DNA of 64,000 nt from Candidatus Omnitrophota bacterium (GCA_022710715.1 JAKLGJ010000001.1:298041-362040); one strand, 5' to 3'. Counted from the stretch's first letter, positions 49,064 through 59,383 are shown. Numbers and translations: made by a program. The notes: generated by a model not told the origin, from the sequence alone.

Positions 49064-50308
49064 ATGGGCAAACTTAAGAATTTCTGGCGGGAAATCGTTA
49101 TTTTTTTATCCATACTCGGACCGGGGCTGATCACCGCCAACGTGGACAACGACGCCGGCGGCATCACCACGTATTCCGTAGCCGGAGCGCATTTCGGTTT
49201 TTCCATGCTCTGGGCGTTCGTCCCGATCATTATCGCTTTGATCGTGATCCAGGAGATGTCCAGCCGCATGGCCGTGGTTACCGGCAAAGGGCTGGCTGAC
49301 CTGATCCGGGAAGAGTTCGGGGTCAAGATCACTTTTTACGCCATGCTCGGGCTGGTGTATTCGAACGTATTCAACACCATCGCCGAATTCGCCGGCATCG
49401 CCGCCAGCGCGGACCTGCTGGGGATCAACAAGTACGCGATGGTTCTCGGCAGCGCGGTGTTTGTCTGGTTTCTGATCGTCAAGGGCACGTACAAGTCGAT
49501 CGAGAAAATATTCCTGATCTTCTGTTTCTTTTACGTGGCTTATGTGATCTCGGCTTTTTATACCAAGCCGGACTGGCATCAGGTGGCCCGGGATATCGTC
49601 CGGCCCCAGATCACCTGGAGCAGGGAGTATCTGCTTTTGCTCATCGCGGTGATCGGTACCACGATCACGCCCTGGATGCAGTTTTACCAGCAGTCATCCG
49701 TAGTGGAAAAAGGGATCAAGCTGGCTGATTATAAGTATAGCAAGCTCGACGTGATCTGCGGTGCGTTCGTGGTTAACATCGTGGCTTTTTTCATTGTGCT
49801 GGTCTGCGCGAACACGTTGTTCAAGAGCGGCATCAGGATCGAAACCGCGCGCGACGCGGCCCTGGCGCTGCGGCCGCTGGCGGACAACTGGAGTTATTAT
49901 CTTTTCGCTGTGGGGTTGTTCAACGCTTCTTTATTCGCCGCCTGCATCCTGCCGTTATCCACCGCTTACTGTGTCTGCGAAGGAATGGGCTGGGAGCAGG
50001 GTGTGAACAAAAAATTCCGGGAAGCCCCGCAATTTTACACGCTCTATACCATCACTATCGCTATCGCCGCGCTGGTAGTGCTTATGCCGAATATCAAGCT
50101 GGTGCCTTTGATGATCAGCGCGCAGACCAAGAACGGCATCCTTTTACCGTTCGTGCTCATCTTCATGCTCTTGCTGGTGAATAACAAACGGCTGATGGGC
50201 CAGTACACCAATTCCCGCATTTATAATATCATCGCGATCACGACTGTGGTGCTATTGATCGGCATGACCATAGTTCTGCTGGTTACCAGCCTGATGGGAA
50301 TAAGTTGA
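49064..50308 (+). CDS. mntH: NRAMP-family divalent metal transporter
   Basis: Nramp consensus motifs (GPGLITANVDNDAGGITTYS, MPH-region) and about 11 TM helices. Confidence 0.8.
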   Translation: MGKLKNFWREIVIFLSILGPGLITANVDNDAGGITTYSVAGAHFGFSMLWAFVPIIIALIVIQEMSSRMAVVTGKGLADLIREEFGVKITFYAMLGLVYSNVFNTIAEFAGIAASADLLGINKYAMVLGSAVFVWFLIVKGTYKSIEKIFLIFCFFYVAYVISAFYTKPDWHQVARDIVRPQITWSREYLLLLIAVIGTTITPWMQFYQQSSVVEKGIKLADYKYSKLDVICGAFVVNIVAFFIVLVCANTLFKSGIRIETARDAALALRPLADNWSYYLFAVGLFNASLFAACILPLSTAYCVCEGMGWEQGVNKKFREAPQFYTLYTITIAIAALVVLMPNIKLVPLMISAQTKNGILLPFVLIFMLLLVNNKRLMGQYTNSRIYNIIAITTVVLLIGMTIVLLVTSLMGIS

Positions 50309-50309
50309 T

Positions 50310-51149
50310 ATGGACGTTCAGAAAATAACCGTGCAAGATATCCGCTCGCTGAAAGGCAGGCGCAAGATCACCTGCCTGACCGCTTATGACTATCCTTTTG
50401 CCGTTTTAGTGGATAAAGCGGGCATAGATATCGTGCTGGTGGGTGATTCCCTGGCCAATGTGGTCCTGGGCCTGGAATCGACCACCCAGGTCGGGATGAC
50501 CGAAATGCTTTATCATTCCAAAGCGGTCAGCCGGGCAGTGAAGCGCGCTTTGATCGTAGGCGATATGCCTTTCGAGGCTTATCAGGTCAATCCGAAAGAC
50601 GGTTTGGCCAATGCCCGCCGTTTTATCGATGAGGCGGGATGCGATTGCGTGAAAGTGGAGTGGTTCGACCATTGTATCGATGTTGTGCGCGCTCTGGTGG
50701 GGGAGAATATCGGAGTCATGGGCCATATCGGGTTGACGCCCCAGACTGCCGATAAGCTCGGCGGGTTCAAAGTGCAGGGTAAGGATGCGCAAGCTGCGCA
50801 GCGCTTGATCGAGCAGGCGCTGGAACTGGAGAAAGCCGGTTGTTTTTCCCTGGTGCTGGAGTGCGTGCCGGACCGCATCTCCGGGTTGATCACTGCCCGG
50901 CTGAAAATTCCTACCATCGGTATCGGCGCCGGACCGGAGTGCGACGGCCAGGTGCTGGTGCTGCACGACGCGCTCGGGTTGTTTGACCGCTATATTCCCA
51001 AATTCGTGAAAAAGTTTATCGACCTGTCGCCGCTCATTCTCGGGGGGCTGGAGGATTTCAAAAACCAGGTCCAGACCGGCGTTTTCCCGGATAAGCCGCA
51101 TTCTTTCAGTATCAGCGAAGATGAGTGGAGCAAGCTTAAAAATATATAG
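50310..51149 (+). CDS. panB: 3-methyl-2-oxobutanoate hydroxymethyltransferase
   Basis: KITCLTAYDYPFA...VLVGDSLANVVLG. Confidence 0.85.
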   Translation: MDVQKITVQDIRSLKGRRKITCLTAYDYPFAVLVDKAGIDIVLVGDSLANVVLGLESTTQVGMTEMLYHSKAVSRAVKRALIVGDMPFEAYQVNPKDGLANARRFIDEAGCDCVKVEWFDHCIDVVRALVGENIGVMGHIGLTPQTADKLGGFKVQGKDAQAAQRLIEQALELEKAGCFSLVLECVPDRISGLITARLKIPTIGIGAGPECDGQVLVLHDALGLFDRYIPKFVKKFIDLSPLILGGLEDFKNQVQTGVFPDKPHSFSISEDEWSKLKNI

Positions 51150-51220
51150 CCAATTCCCCGATTTTATGCTACAATTACTTTTCCTGTAAAACCCGAATAC
51201 ACACTTCCTAATTAATATCT

Positions 51221-52534
51221 ATGGCAGACCTGATGGAAAAAATAGTTTCGCTGTGCAAGCGCCGGGGGTTCATTTTCCCGGGCAGCGATATTTACGGCGG
51301 GCTGGCGAATTCCTGGGATTACGGGCCGTACGGCGTGGAGTTGAAGAACAACATCAAGCGCGCCTGGTGGAAGGCCAACGTTTACCTGCGCAACGACATG
51401 CTGGGCATGGACGCGGCCATCCTGATGCATCCGAAGACCTGGGAAGCCTCCGGCCATGTGGAAAATTTTTTCGATCTCAAGGCGGACTGCAAAGGCTGTC
51501 ATAAACGTTTCAAGGTCGCGGATCTCAAGGATCGGAAAAAATGTCCGGAATGCGGCGGAGAGCTTACCGAGGCCCGGCAGTTCAACCTGATGTTCAAGAC
51601 GCATTCCGGCCCGGTTGAAGATGCGTCGACTGTGGTGTATTTGCGGCCGGAAACCGCCCAGGGCATGTTCGTGAACTTTCCGAATATCCTCGATTCCCGG
51701 CATCCCAAGCTGCCTTTCGGCCTGGCGCAGATCGGTAAATCATTCCGTAACGAGATCACGCCCGGCAATTTCACCTTCCGTACCCGCGAATTCGAACAGA
51801 TGGAGATAGAGTATTTCTGCCGGCCGGAAGAGTCGGAAAAGGTGTACGAAGAATGGGTGGCGGCGCGCAAGCAGTGGTATCTGGACCTGGGGATGCACCC
51901 GGAGCATATCCGTTTCCGCGCTCATGAGAAGGACGAGCTGGCGCATTACGCCAGAGCCTGCACCGACGTGGAATACGCGTTCCCCTGGGGCTGGTCGGAA
52001 CTTGAAGGCATCGCCAACCGCACGGATTTCGATTTAAAGCAGCACGCGCAGCACAGCGGCAAGGACCTGCGTTATTTCGACGAAGTCAAGAAAGAGCGTT
52101 TTTATCCTTACATCATCGAGCCTTCGGGCGGAGTGGACCGGTGTTTGCTGGCGTTTTTAGTCGACGCTTATACCGAGGAACCGGTCAAAGAAGAAGTTCG
52201 CGCGTTGTTGAAACTGCACAAAGACCTGGCCCCGATCAAAGCGGCGGTGCTGCCGCTGTTGAAGAACCGGCCGGAACTGGTCGAGACAGCAAAGAAGCTG
52301 GCCTGGGACCTGAAGAAATCTTTTGTCACCGTGTACGACGACACCGCGGCTATCGGAAAGCTCTACCGCCGGCAGGATGAAGTGGGCACGCTCTATTGCA
52401 TCACCGTGGACGTGCAGAGTCTTGAAGACAAGCAGGTGACTGTGCGCGACCGGGACAGCATGCAGCAGGAACGTATCAGTATCGATAAAGTCAAAGATTA
52501 TCTAACCGATAAGTTGAACGAGACCGCAGGTTAA
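51221..52534 (+). CDS. glyQS: Glycine--tRNA ligase (class II, dimeric alpha2 type)
   Basis: RRGFIFPGSDIYGGLANSWDYGPYG with an insertion Cys cluster. Confidence 0.85.
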   Translation: MADLMEKIVSLCKRRGFIFPGSDIYGGLANSWDYGPYGVELKNNIKRAWWKANVYLRNDMLGMDAAILMHPKTWEASGHVENFFDLKADCKGCHKRFKVADLKDRKKCPECGGELTEARQFNLMFKTHSGPVEDASTVVYLRPETAQGMFVNFPNILDSRHPKLPFGLAQIGKSFRNEITPGNFTFRTREFEQMEIEYFCRPEESEKVYEEWVAARKQWYLDLGMHPEHIRFRAHEKDELAHYARACTDVEYAFPWGWSELEGIANRTDFDLKQHAQHSGKDLRYFDEVKKERFYPYIIEPSGGVDRCLLAFLVDAYTEEPVKEEVRALLKLHKDLAPIKAAVLPLLKNRPELVETAKKLAWDLKKSFVTVYDDTAAIGKLYRRQDEVGTLYCITVDVQSLEDKQVTVRDRDSMQQERISIDKVKDYLTDKLNETAG

Positions 52535-52578
52535 GGGTTAGCCAGCGGCCTTCTTCACACTAAGGAGGTAACAAGGAA

Positions 52579-55341
52579 ATGGCAAAGAAGTATGTTTACT
52601 CGTTTGGAGGCGGGAAAGCTGACGGCAATGAATCGATGAAAAACCTGTTGGGCGGCAAAGGCGCGAACCTCGCGGAAATGGCCGGCCATCCGGAGCTCAA
52701 GCTGCCGGTTCCTCCCGGATTCACCCTTACTACCGAAGTATGCACCTACTATTATCAGCATAAGAAAACCTATCCCAAAGAGCTCAAAGGGCAGGTCGAG
52801 ATCGCCCTGGCCAAGGTCGAAAAGATCATGGGCCGTAAATTCGGCGATCCGTCGGATCCGCTTCTGGTTTCGGTCCGTTCCGGCGCGCGTAAATCCATGC
52901 CCGGAATGATGGAGACCGTCCTGAACGTCGGACTGACCGAGAAGACCATTCCCGGTTTGATCAAACAGTCCGGCGGCAACGAGCGGTTCGTTTATGACGC
53001 CTACCGTCGTCTGATCATGATGTATTCCGACGTAGTCATGGAAAAGGCCGCGGGCATCGAGCCGGCCGACGACATGGGCATCCGCAAGCAGCTGGAGCGG
53101 ATCATGGATAAGGTCAAAAAGGAGAAAGGCTACAAGTCCGACACCGATCTGACTACCGCGGACCTGAAGCTGCTCTGCACCCAGTTCAAGCTCAAGATCA
53201 AGGAAGTGCTCAAGAAAGAATTTCCCGACGAGCCCCTGGAGCAGATGTGGGGCGGCGTTGGCGCGGTGTTTTCCTCCTGGAACGGCAAACGCGCGATTTC
53301 CTACCGTCGTATCGAAGGTATCCCCGACGAGTGGGGAACCGCGGTCAACGTCCAGACCATGGTGTTCGGCAACATGGGCAATGATTCCGCTACCGGCGTG
53401 GCTTTTTCGCGCAACCCCGGCAACGGCGAGAATTATTTTTACGGCGAATACCTGATCAACGCTCAAGGGGAAGATGTGGTGGCCGGTATCCGTACGCCCG
53501 CTCCCATCAACAGCGTTTCCCAGTCCGAGCATAATAAAGACCTGACCACCCTGGAAGCGGCCATGCCCGCGTTATATAAGGAGCTGGCCTCGTACAAAAC
53601 CCGCCTGGAAAAGCATTACCGCGACATGCAGGACATCGAGTTCACCATCCAGAAGGGCAGATTGTTCATGCTGCAGTGCCGCGTGGGCAAACGTAACGGT
53701 CCGGCCGCGGTGCGTATGGCGGTGGACATGGTCAAAGAGAAATTCATCACCAAAGAAATGGCGGTGACCCGGGTGACTCCGGCGCAGCTGGATGAACTTT
53801 TGCATCCGATCATCAATCCCAAAGTGGAACTGACCCAGAAAGCCATCGCCAAAGGTTTGCCTGCCGGTCCCGGCGGCGCCTGCGGCCAGATCGTGTTTTC
53901 TTCGAACGACGCGGTGGAATGGTTTAAACAGGGCAAGAAAGTGATCCTGGTGCGCGAAGAGACCAATCCGGAAGACGTGGAAGGTATGCGCGCGGCCGAA
54001 GCGATCCTGACTGCCCGCGGCGGCATGACTTCGCACGCGGCTTTGGTCGCCCGCGGCTGGGGAAAATGCTGTATCGTGGGTTGCAGCGCCATGCACGTGG
54101 ATCTGGGAAAGAAAGAAGTGCATGTGGAAGGCGGCAAAGTGCTCAAAGAGGGGGATTGGATCACTCTTAACGGCACCAAAGGCAACGTCTACGAAGGCAA
54201 GCTGGAAATGATGGACGCTTCCGAAGAGAACAAGCTGCTCATGGAATTTCTGGCTATGTGCGGACAGATCAAGAAACTGGGTATCCGCACCAACGCCGAA
54301 TCTCCGGCAGACGCGGCTAAAGCGCGTTCGTTCGGAGCGGAAGGTATCGGTTTGTTCCGTACCGAGCATATGTTCTACGGCAAGGGTTCGGATGAGCCGT
54401 TATTCTTATTAAGGAAAATGATCGTTTCCAAGACCGAAGCGGAACGCCGCAAGGCTTTGGATGAACTCTACCCGTTTGTGAAGAAAGACGTCAAGGGCAC
54501 CCTGGAAGCCATGGACGGGTTCCCGGTGGTGATCCGCCTGCTCGATCCGCCGCTGCACGAATTCGTGCCCCGCGATCGCGCTAAACTGGAACAGCTGGCC
54601 AGGGAACTGAATATTTCCATGGAAGAGCTCTCCAAGCGGGCCGAAGGTCTGCATGAATCCAACCCGATGATGGGCCATCGCGGCGTGCGTTTAGGCGTGA
54701 CCTATCCGGAAGTGAGCGAAATGCAGATCCGGGCGATCCTGGAATCCGCGGCGGAATTGCTGCAAGCCGGCAAGAAACCGTATCCGGAGATAATGGTCCC
54801 GGTTGTATGTGACGTCAAGGAACTTCAGGATCAACAGGTCCTCGCCAAAAAAGTCTACGCTGAAGTCCTGGCGAAATACAATCTCAAGAAGATCAAGCAT
54901 ATGTTCGGCACCATGATCGAGATCCCGCGCGCGGCGTTTGTCGCGGATCAACTGGCTACCGTGGCGGAATTCTTCTCCTTCGGTACCAACGACATGACCC
55001 AGATGGGTTTTGGTTTCTCCAGAGACGATATCGGCGGATTCCTGCCGGAATATCTCAAAAAAGGCATCCTGCCCGAGGATCCGTTCCAGTCCATCGATCA
55101 GGTCGGGATCGGGGAGATCATCAAGCTGGGTATCCAGCGGGGGCGTTCCACCAATAAGGCCCTGGAAGTGGGTATCTGCGGCGAGCATGGCGGCGAACCC
55201 AAATCCGTGGAGTTCTGCCATAACGTGGGCATGGATTACGTGTCCTGCTCACCGTTCAGAGTGCCGATTGCGAAATTAGCTGCTGCGCAGGCTGCGCTGA
55301 AGGATCAGCCGGCTAAAAAGAAAGCGGCAAAGAAAAAATAA
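52579..55341 (+). CDS. ppdK: Pyruvate, phosphate dikinase
   Basis: GGKGANLAEM and the phospho-His region GGMTSHAALVARGWGKCC over 920 aa. Confidence 0.9.
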   Translation: MAKKYVYSFGGGKADGNESMKNLLGGKGANLAEMAGHPELKLPVPPGFTLTTEVCTYYYQHKKTYPKELKGQVEIALAKVEKIMGRKFGDPSDPLLVSVRSGARKSMPGMMETVLNVGLTEKTIPGLIKQSGGNERFVYDAYRRLIMMYSDVVMEKAAGIEPADDMGIRKQLERIMDKVKKEKGYKSDTDLTTADLKLLCTQFKLKIKEVLKKEFPDEPLEQMWGGVGAVFSSWNGKRAISYRRIEGIPDEWGTAVNVQTMVFGNMGNDSATGVAFSRNPGNGENYFYGEYLINAQGEDVVAGIRTPAPINSVSQSEHNKDLTTLEAAMPALYKELASYKTRLEKHYRDMQDIEFTIQKGRLFMLQCRVGKRNGPAAVRMAVDMVKEKFITKEMAVTRVTPAQLDELLHPIINPKVELTQKAIAKGLPAGPGGACGQIVFSSNDAVEWFKQGKKVILVREETNPEDVEGMRAAEAILTARGGMTSHAALVARGWGKCCIVGCSAMHVDLGKKEVHVEGGKVLKEGDWITLNGTKGNVYEGKLEMMDASEENKLLMEFLAMCGQIKKLGIRTNAESPADAAKARSFGAEGIGLFRTEHMFYGKGSDEPLFLLRKMIVSKTEAERRKALDELYPFVKKDVKGTLEAMDGFPVVIRLLDPPLHEFVPRDRAKLEQLARELNISMEELSKRAEGLHESNPMMGHRGVRLGVTYPEVSEMQIRAILESAAELLQAGKKPYPEIMVPVVCDVKELQDQQVLAKKVYAEVLAKYNLKKIKHMFGTMIEIPRAAFVADQLATVAEFFSFGTNDMTQMGFGFSRDDIGGFLPEYLKKGILPEDPFQSIDQVGIGEIIKLGIQRGRSTNKALEVGICGEHGGEPKSVEFCHNVGMDYVSCSPFRVPIAKLAAAQAALKDQPAKKKAAKKK

Positions 55342-55452
55342 GCTGCACCAGGCAATGCCTGGGCGCGTCCCGAAACCCGGGTGTGCAGGTTGTTGACCAG
55401 ACAGCCGGCGCCCCCGGATTTCGGAACAGTGCCCGCGGCGTTGAAAAATCCT

Positions 55453-56265
55453 ATGGAAGCGCTACGCGTATATCTTAAGGAAATCCGGACTATTCCGCTG
55501 TTGACCGCCGAACAGGAAGTCGATCTGTCCAAGAAATCCAAAAAGGGCGACGAGTATGCCCGCAAGGCGATGATCCGGGCGAACCTGCGTCTGGTGATCA
55601 ATATCGCCAAACGGTACATTCATCTGGGCATTCCTATACTCGATCTGATCGAGGAAGGGAATCTCGGTTTGATGAAAGCGGTGGACAAGTTCAATCCCCG
55701 CCGGGGATTCCGGTTCTCGACCTATGCCGCATGGTGGATACGCCAGGGGATCATCCGCGCCATCGCCCAGCAGGGGAAGATGGTCCGTCTGCCGGTCTAC
55801 GTCAACGAGATGCTTTCTAAATGGAAAAAAACCAAAGAGCAGTTGACCCAGAAATTGCACCGCACGCCTTCGGATGAGGAAGTCGCTAAAAAACTGAAAT
55901 TACCCCGGGAGAAGATCGAAGAGATCAACATGTGGCTGTCCACCAAGACATCGTCTCTGGAAGCGCCGGTTGGCGACGAGGACGAAAGCAGCGTGGGCGA
56001 TCTGGTCGAAGACAAGAACGCCGTTTCTCCCGACGCGGAAGTCGAGCAGTTTTTCGATAAAGAGCGGGTGGAGAACCTGCTGGAAAAAATGTCCGACCGC
56101 GAGCAGATGATCCTGGATCTGCGCTTCGGCCTGACCAGCGGCACTCCGGCGACGCTGGCCGTGGTTTCCAAGAAGGTCGGGGTATCCCGCGAGCGCATCC
56201 GCCAGATCGAAGAAGACGCGCTCAAGAAACTCAAGAAATTCGTCCAGGAGCAGGAAAAAGAATAA
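55453..56265 (+). CDS. RNA polymerase sigma-70 family factor (RpoD/RpoS-like group, compact, no region 1.1)
   Basis: Regions 1.2 to 4 are recognisable ([33 protein letters not shown], region 4 HTH). An alternative upstream start at 55381 is possible. Confidence 0.7.
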   Translation: MEALRVYLKEIRTIPLLTAEQEVDLSKKSKKGDEYARKAMIRANLRLVINIAKRYIHLGIPILDLIEEGNLGLMKAVDKFNPRRGFRFSTYAAWWIRQGIIRAIAQQGKMVRLPVYVNEMLSKWKKTKEQLTQKLHRTPSDEEVAKKLKLPREKIEEINMWLSTKTSSLEAPVGDEDESSVGDLVEDKNAVSPDAEVEQFFDKERVENLLEKMSDREQMILDLRFGLTSGTPATLAVVSKKVGVSRERIRQIEEDALKKLKKFVQEQEKE

Positions 56266-56353
56266 GGGGACAGGTGCCCGCAGGGCAACCCAAAACTCTC
56301 CGTCGACAAAAATCGACAGATGTGTCCCCTTCGGAATTTGCTGTGTCCCCTTT
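56266..56353 (+). repeat. GGGGACA-family repeat copy E (variant with GGTGCCCGCAGGGCAACCC in place of GGTCCACCC)
   Basis: Immediately after the stop of the sigma factor gene. Confidence 0.7.
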
Positions 56354-56371
56354 ATCCGAAAGAGCGAGCCG

Positions 56372-56908
56372 ATGAGAAACGTAACCGCATTCCTCGAGCA
56401 ATCCGTCCGGAGTATCCCGGACTTTCCCAAGCCAGGCATTCTCTTCCGCGACATTACCACGCTGATCAAAAGTAAGATGGCGTTCCGGTACGCCGTCGAC
56501 GCTCTGGCCCGGGAATTCAAACATAAAAAGATCGATAAGATCGTGGGGATCGAATCCCGGGGTTTTGTTTTCGGCGCGGCTTTGGCATATAAGCTGGGCG
56601 TAGGGGTGGTGCTGGTGCGCAAGAAAGGCAAGCTTCCGGCAGCCACGGTCAGCGCTTCGTACGAGCTGGAATATGGCAGCGATACCCTGGAAATGCATAA
56701 GGACGCTTTGCGCCCCAAAGAGCGGGTGCTGATCATAGACGATTTACTGGCTACCGGCGGCACGGTCAGCGCGGTGATCGATCTGGTGAAACAGCTCCGG
56801 GGCAATATCGTCGGCATCGGTTTTGTGATCGAGCTTTTCGACCTGCATGGCCGCGATAAACTCAAAGGCTATCCGGTTTCTTCGCTCATTAAATTCCCCG
56901 GTCATTGA
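56372..56908 (+). CDS. apt: Adenine phosphoribosyltransferase
   Basis: PRTase motif LIIDDLLATGGT. Confidence 0.85.
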   Translation: MRNVTAFLEQSVRSIPDFPKPGILFRDITTLIKSKMAFRYAVDALAREFKHKKIDKIVGIESRGFVFGAALAYKLGVGVVLVRKKGKLPAATVSASYELEYGSDTLEMHKDALRPKERVLIIDDLLATGGTVSAVIDLVKQLRGNIVGIGFVIELFDLHGRDKLKGYPVSSLIKFPGH

Positions 56909-56987
56909 GCTCATAAATCAACGCGCCTGTCCCTGCAGATGCCGGCGGCATCCAACGCAGGGATACGGCCGCGACGCATAAATCAAC

Positions 56988-57061
56988 GCGCCTGTAGCTC
57001 ATATGGATAGAGCAGCAGTTTCCTAAACTGCTTGTGGCTGGTTCGATCCCAGCCAGGCGCA
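56988..57061 (+). tRNA. tRNA-Arg (anticodon CCT)
   Basis: Hand-folded cloverleaf. Acceptor GCGCCTG/CAGGCGC, D stem GCTC/GAGC, anticodon stem GCAGT/ACTGC with loop TTCCTAA, T stem GCTGG/CCAGC, T loop TTCGATC. Confidence 0.85.
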
Positions 57062-57076
57062 TGAAATTCCACAGAA

Positions 57077-57739
57077 ATGTACAACTTCCATACGCATACC
57101 ATTCACAGTGACGGATGTCTTCTGCCTTCGGAGATCGCGGTGCGTTATGCTGCCGCCGGATACAGAGCTATCGCGATCACCGACCACGCCGATTACAGCA
57201 ATATAGAGCAGGTCATCCGCGCGGTGCGTGACTTTACCCAGCACTGGCCCCGGCGTTTCCCGCTGCAGGTGCTGCCCGGGGTGGAATTGACGCATCTGCC
57301 TCTGGAGCAATTCAAACCGCTCGCCGCGTATTCCCGCAAGAACAAACTCAAGATCATCGTCGCTCACGGCCAGACGCCGGTTGAGCCGGTCATTCCCGGG
57401 ACCAACCTCGCGGCTCTGGAAGCGGATATCGACATCCTGGCCCATCCCGGCCGGATCAGCGATGCGGAAGCCAGGCTGGCCGCGCGCAAGCGCATTTTTC
57501 TGGAGATAACCACGCGCCGCGGTCATTGCCTGACCAATGCCTGGGTAGCCAGGCAGGCTTTACGCTGGAAGGCGCCGATGCTGGTCAATCATGACAGCCA
57601 TCGTCCCGAGGACATCATCTCATTGCCGCAAACCCTGCGCGTAGCGCTCAAGGCCGGCCTGAACGAGTCTCAAGTGGAAGCCATTTACCGGGAGGGGGGA
57701 AAGCGGTTTCTTTCCCGTCTCCGGAAGCAGACTTTTTGA
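57077..57739 (+). CDS. PHP-domain phosphoesterase
   Basis: MYNFHTHTIHSDG...AITDHADY. Confidence 0.6.
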   Translation: MYNFHTHTIHSDGCLLPSEIAVRYAAAGYRAIAITDHADYSNIEQVIRAVRDFTQHWPRRFPLQVLPGVELTHLPLEQFKPLAAYSRKNKLKIIVAHGQTPVEPVIPGTNLAALEADIDILAHPGRISDAEARLAARKRIFLEITTRRGHCLTNAWVARQALRWKAPMLVNHDSHRPEDIISLPQTLRVALKAGLNESQVEAIYREGGKRFLSRLRKQTF

Positions 57740-57858
57740 AGTTTACCATTGCCGCTCCCGGAAGGTGAGTGTTTACAATTTTCATCACGATTTTAGCTTA
57801 AAATATCGCGTAACATCCTGCCGGGCAGCACATTATGCCAATAATTCCAAAAAAATAC

Positions 57859-57887
57859 TTGACAACTTCCTATATATATGTAAGAAT
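57859..57887 (+). promoter_or_regulatory. Putative sigma-70 promoter (TTGACA, a 16-17 nt spacer, TG-n-TAAGAAT) in a ~330-nt AT-rich region. It would give a ~180-nt 5' UTR for the downstream outer-membrane protein gene.
   Basis: TTGACA at 57859-57864. TGTAAGAAT at 57879-57887. Confidence 0.3.
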
Positions 57888-58066
57888 GACTAATCAGTTT
57901 ATACCACTGGAAATGACTTTAATCTCAAGCGTGAGAGGAGGTGAAGACAAATACAAGCCTAAAGTCAGCCAAAATCCAGTGATATAATATAAATGAGTAA
58001 ATATCTAGGAGCACAATCTTCAAACCTAGTTTAATATATTGTTATCCTAAAAGGAGGAAACACAAA

Positions 58067-59383
58067 ATGAGTAAACGCTTAATCTTAGTTTTGGCACTCG
58101 CGTTGGTCGTCGGCCTTACCGCTGGCGCTTACGCTGAAGTCCAGAATGTCAAAGTCGGCGGCGATATTACCATGGTCGGCGTGACCCGCAGCAACCTCGA
58201 TCTGAACAAAGAAATCATGGGCGACGATGTTCAGCAGGTTGTTAACGCCAAAGGCCTGGCCAGTATCACCAGAGTCAAGATTGATGCCGATCTGACCGAC
58301 AATGTTTCCACCACCGTCAGATTGATCAACGAAAGAGTCTGGGGAAGCGCTGATGAAACCGTCTCCAATTCCGATGTGGACCTGGATCTGGCTTTTGTCG
58401 CTTTCAAGGATTTCCTCAAGGACACCATTACCGTTCCTTTGACCTTGATCGCCGGCCGTCAGGAAATCAGAATCGGCAGCGGTTTGTTGGTTTCTCACCC
58501 GGGTGGAAACCAGGGTAATGTCGGCGCCACCGCGGTTGCTTTACCTCGCGGTATTGGTGATTTGAGCTCCCGTAGAGCGTTCGATGGTATCGCCGGCGTA
58601 TGGAAGTGGAGCGATCAGCTCACTACCACCACCGCTTATGTGAAAGCCGTCGAAGGCGTCATCACCGATGAACATGATACCGATGTGTATGTTGTGGACA
58701 GCACCTTTGATACCGGCAAAATGGGTATGGTTCCTGAACTGTATTATGTAGGTTCAGATGCCAAAAAAGGCCAGGTTAACAATTTCGGCGCCAGAATCAA
58801 CGTCGCTCCTGTTGAGAACCTGAACCTGTCAGCCGAATTCTGCTATCAGACGCAGAAGGGTGTGAACAGACTTACCGGCAAAACCAATCACGCTACCGAC
58901 AACGCAATTCTGCTCGGCGCTAATTTTGCCATGCCGGATGTGGTCTGGGCCCCGTCTTTCGGCCTCGACTATGCCCGTTTGTCCGAGAACTGGAATATTA
59001 TGCATGAAGGCTTGACTCCTGCCGACATCGCTAACTTCCTTTTCGCGAACACCAATTGCACCGTAGTCGGCATCACCGTCAGCGCCAAGCCCAAGGATGA
59101 CTTGAGCTTGAAACTGCGTTATGCCGATTTCACTCTCGTTGAGCCGTTGACCGCAGCCGGAACCATTGCGTATAATGGCGCCGCGTTGACCACCGGTCAG
59201 TCCTATACCATGACCACCAAGAAGCATCTTGGCGCTGAACTCGACCTGGCTCTGGCCTATGACTACACAGAAGATGTGCAGTTCGGCCTGAACTATGGTT
59301 ATTTCAGACCGGGAAAAGCGTTCGATAAGTCGAATCGCAATTCCGCTTCCCAGGTCATTGGTTCAATGAAGGTGTCCTTCTAA
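58067..59383 (+). CDS. Outer-membrane beta-barrel protein (porin-like) with a signal peptide and a C-terminal Phe
   Basis: Strong RBS AAAGGAGGA. Signal peptide LILVLALALVVGLTAGAYA. Alternating amphipathic beta-strand pattern. Ends ...MKVSF. Confidence 0.5.
   Translation: MSKRLILVLALALVVGLTAGAYAEVQNVKVGGDITMVGVTRSNLDLNKEIMGDDVQQVVNAKGLASITRVKIDADLTDNVSTTVRLINERVWGSADETVSNSDVDLDLAFVAFKDFLKDTITVPLTLIAGRQEIRIGSGLLVSHPGGNQGNVGATAVALPRGIGDLSSRRAFDGIAGVWKWSDQLTTTTAYVKAVEGVITDEHDTDVYVVDSTFDTGKMGMVPELYYVGSDAKKGQVNNFGARINVAPVENLNLSAEFCYQTQKGVNRLTGKTNHATDNAILLGANFAMPDVVWAPSFGLDYARLSENWNIMHEGLTPADIANFLFANTNCTVVGITVSAKPKDDLSLKLRYADFTLVEPLTAAGTIAYNGAALTTGQSYTMTTKKHLGAELDLALAYDYTEDVQFGLNYGYFRPGKAFDKSNRNSASQVIGSMKVSF

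Noticed and set aside
56900-57760. Prophage or integrative element at tRNA-Arg
   Set aside because: No integrase, excisionase or phage structural genes lie within the window downstream of the tRNA. Only a short 5'-end duplication was seen, and it is reported as a low-interest finding.
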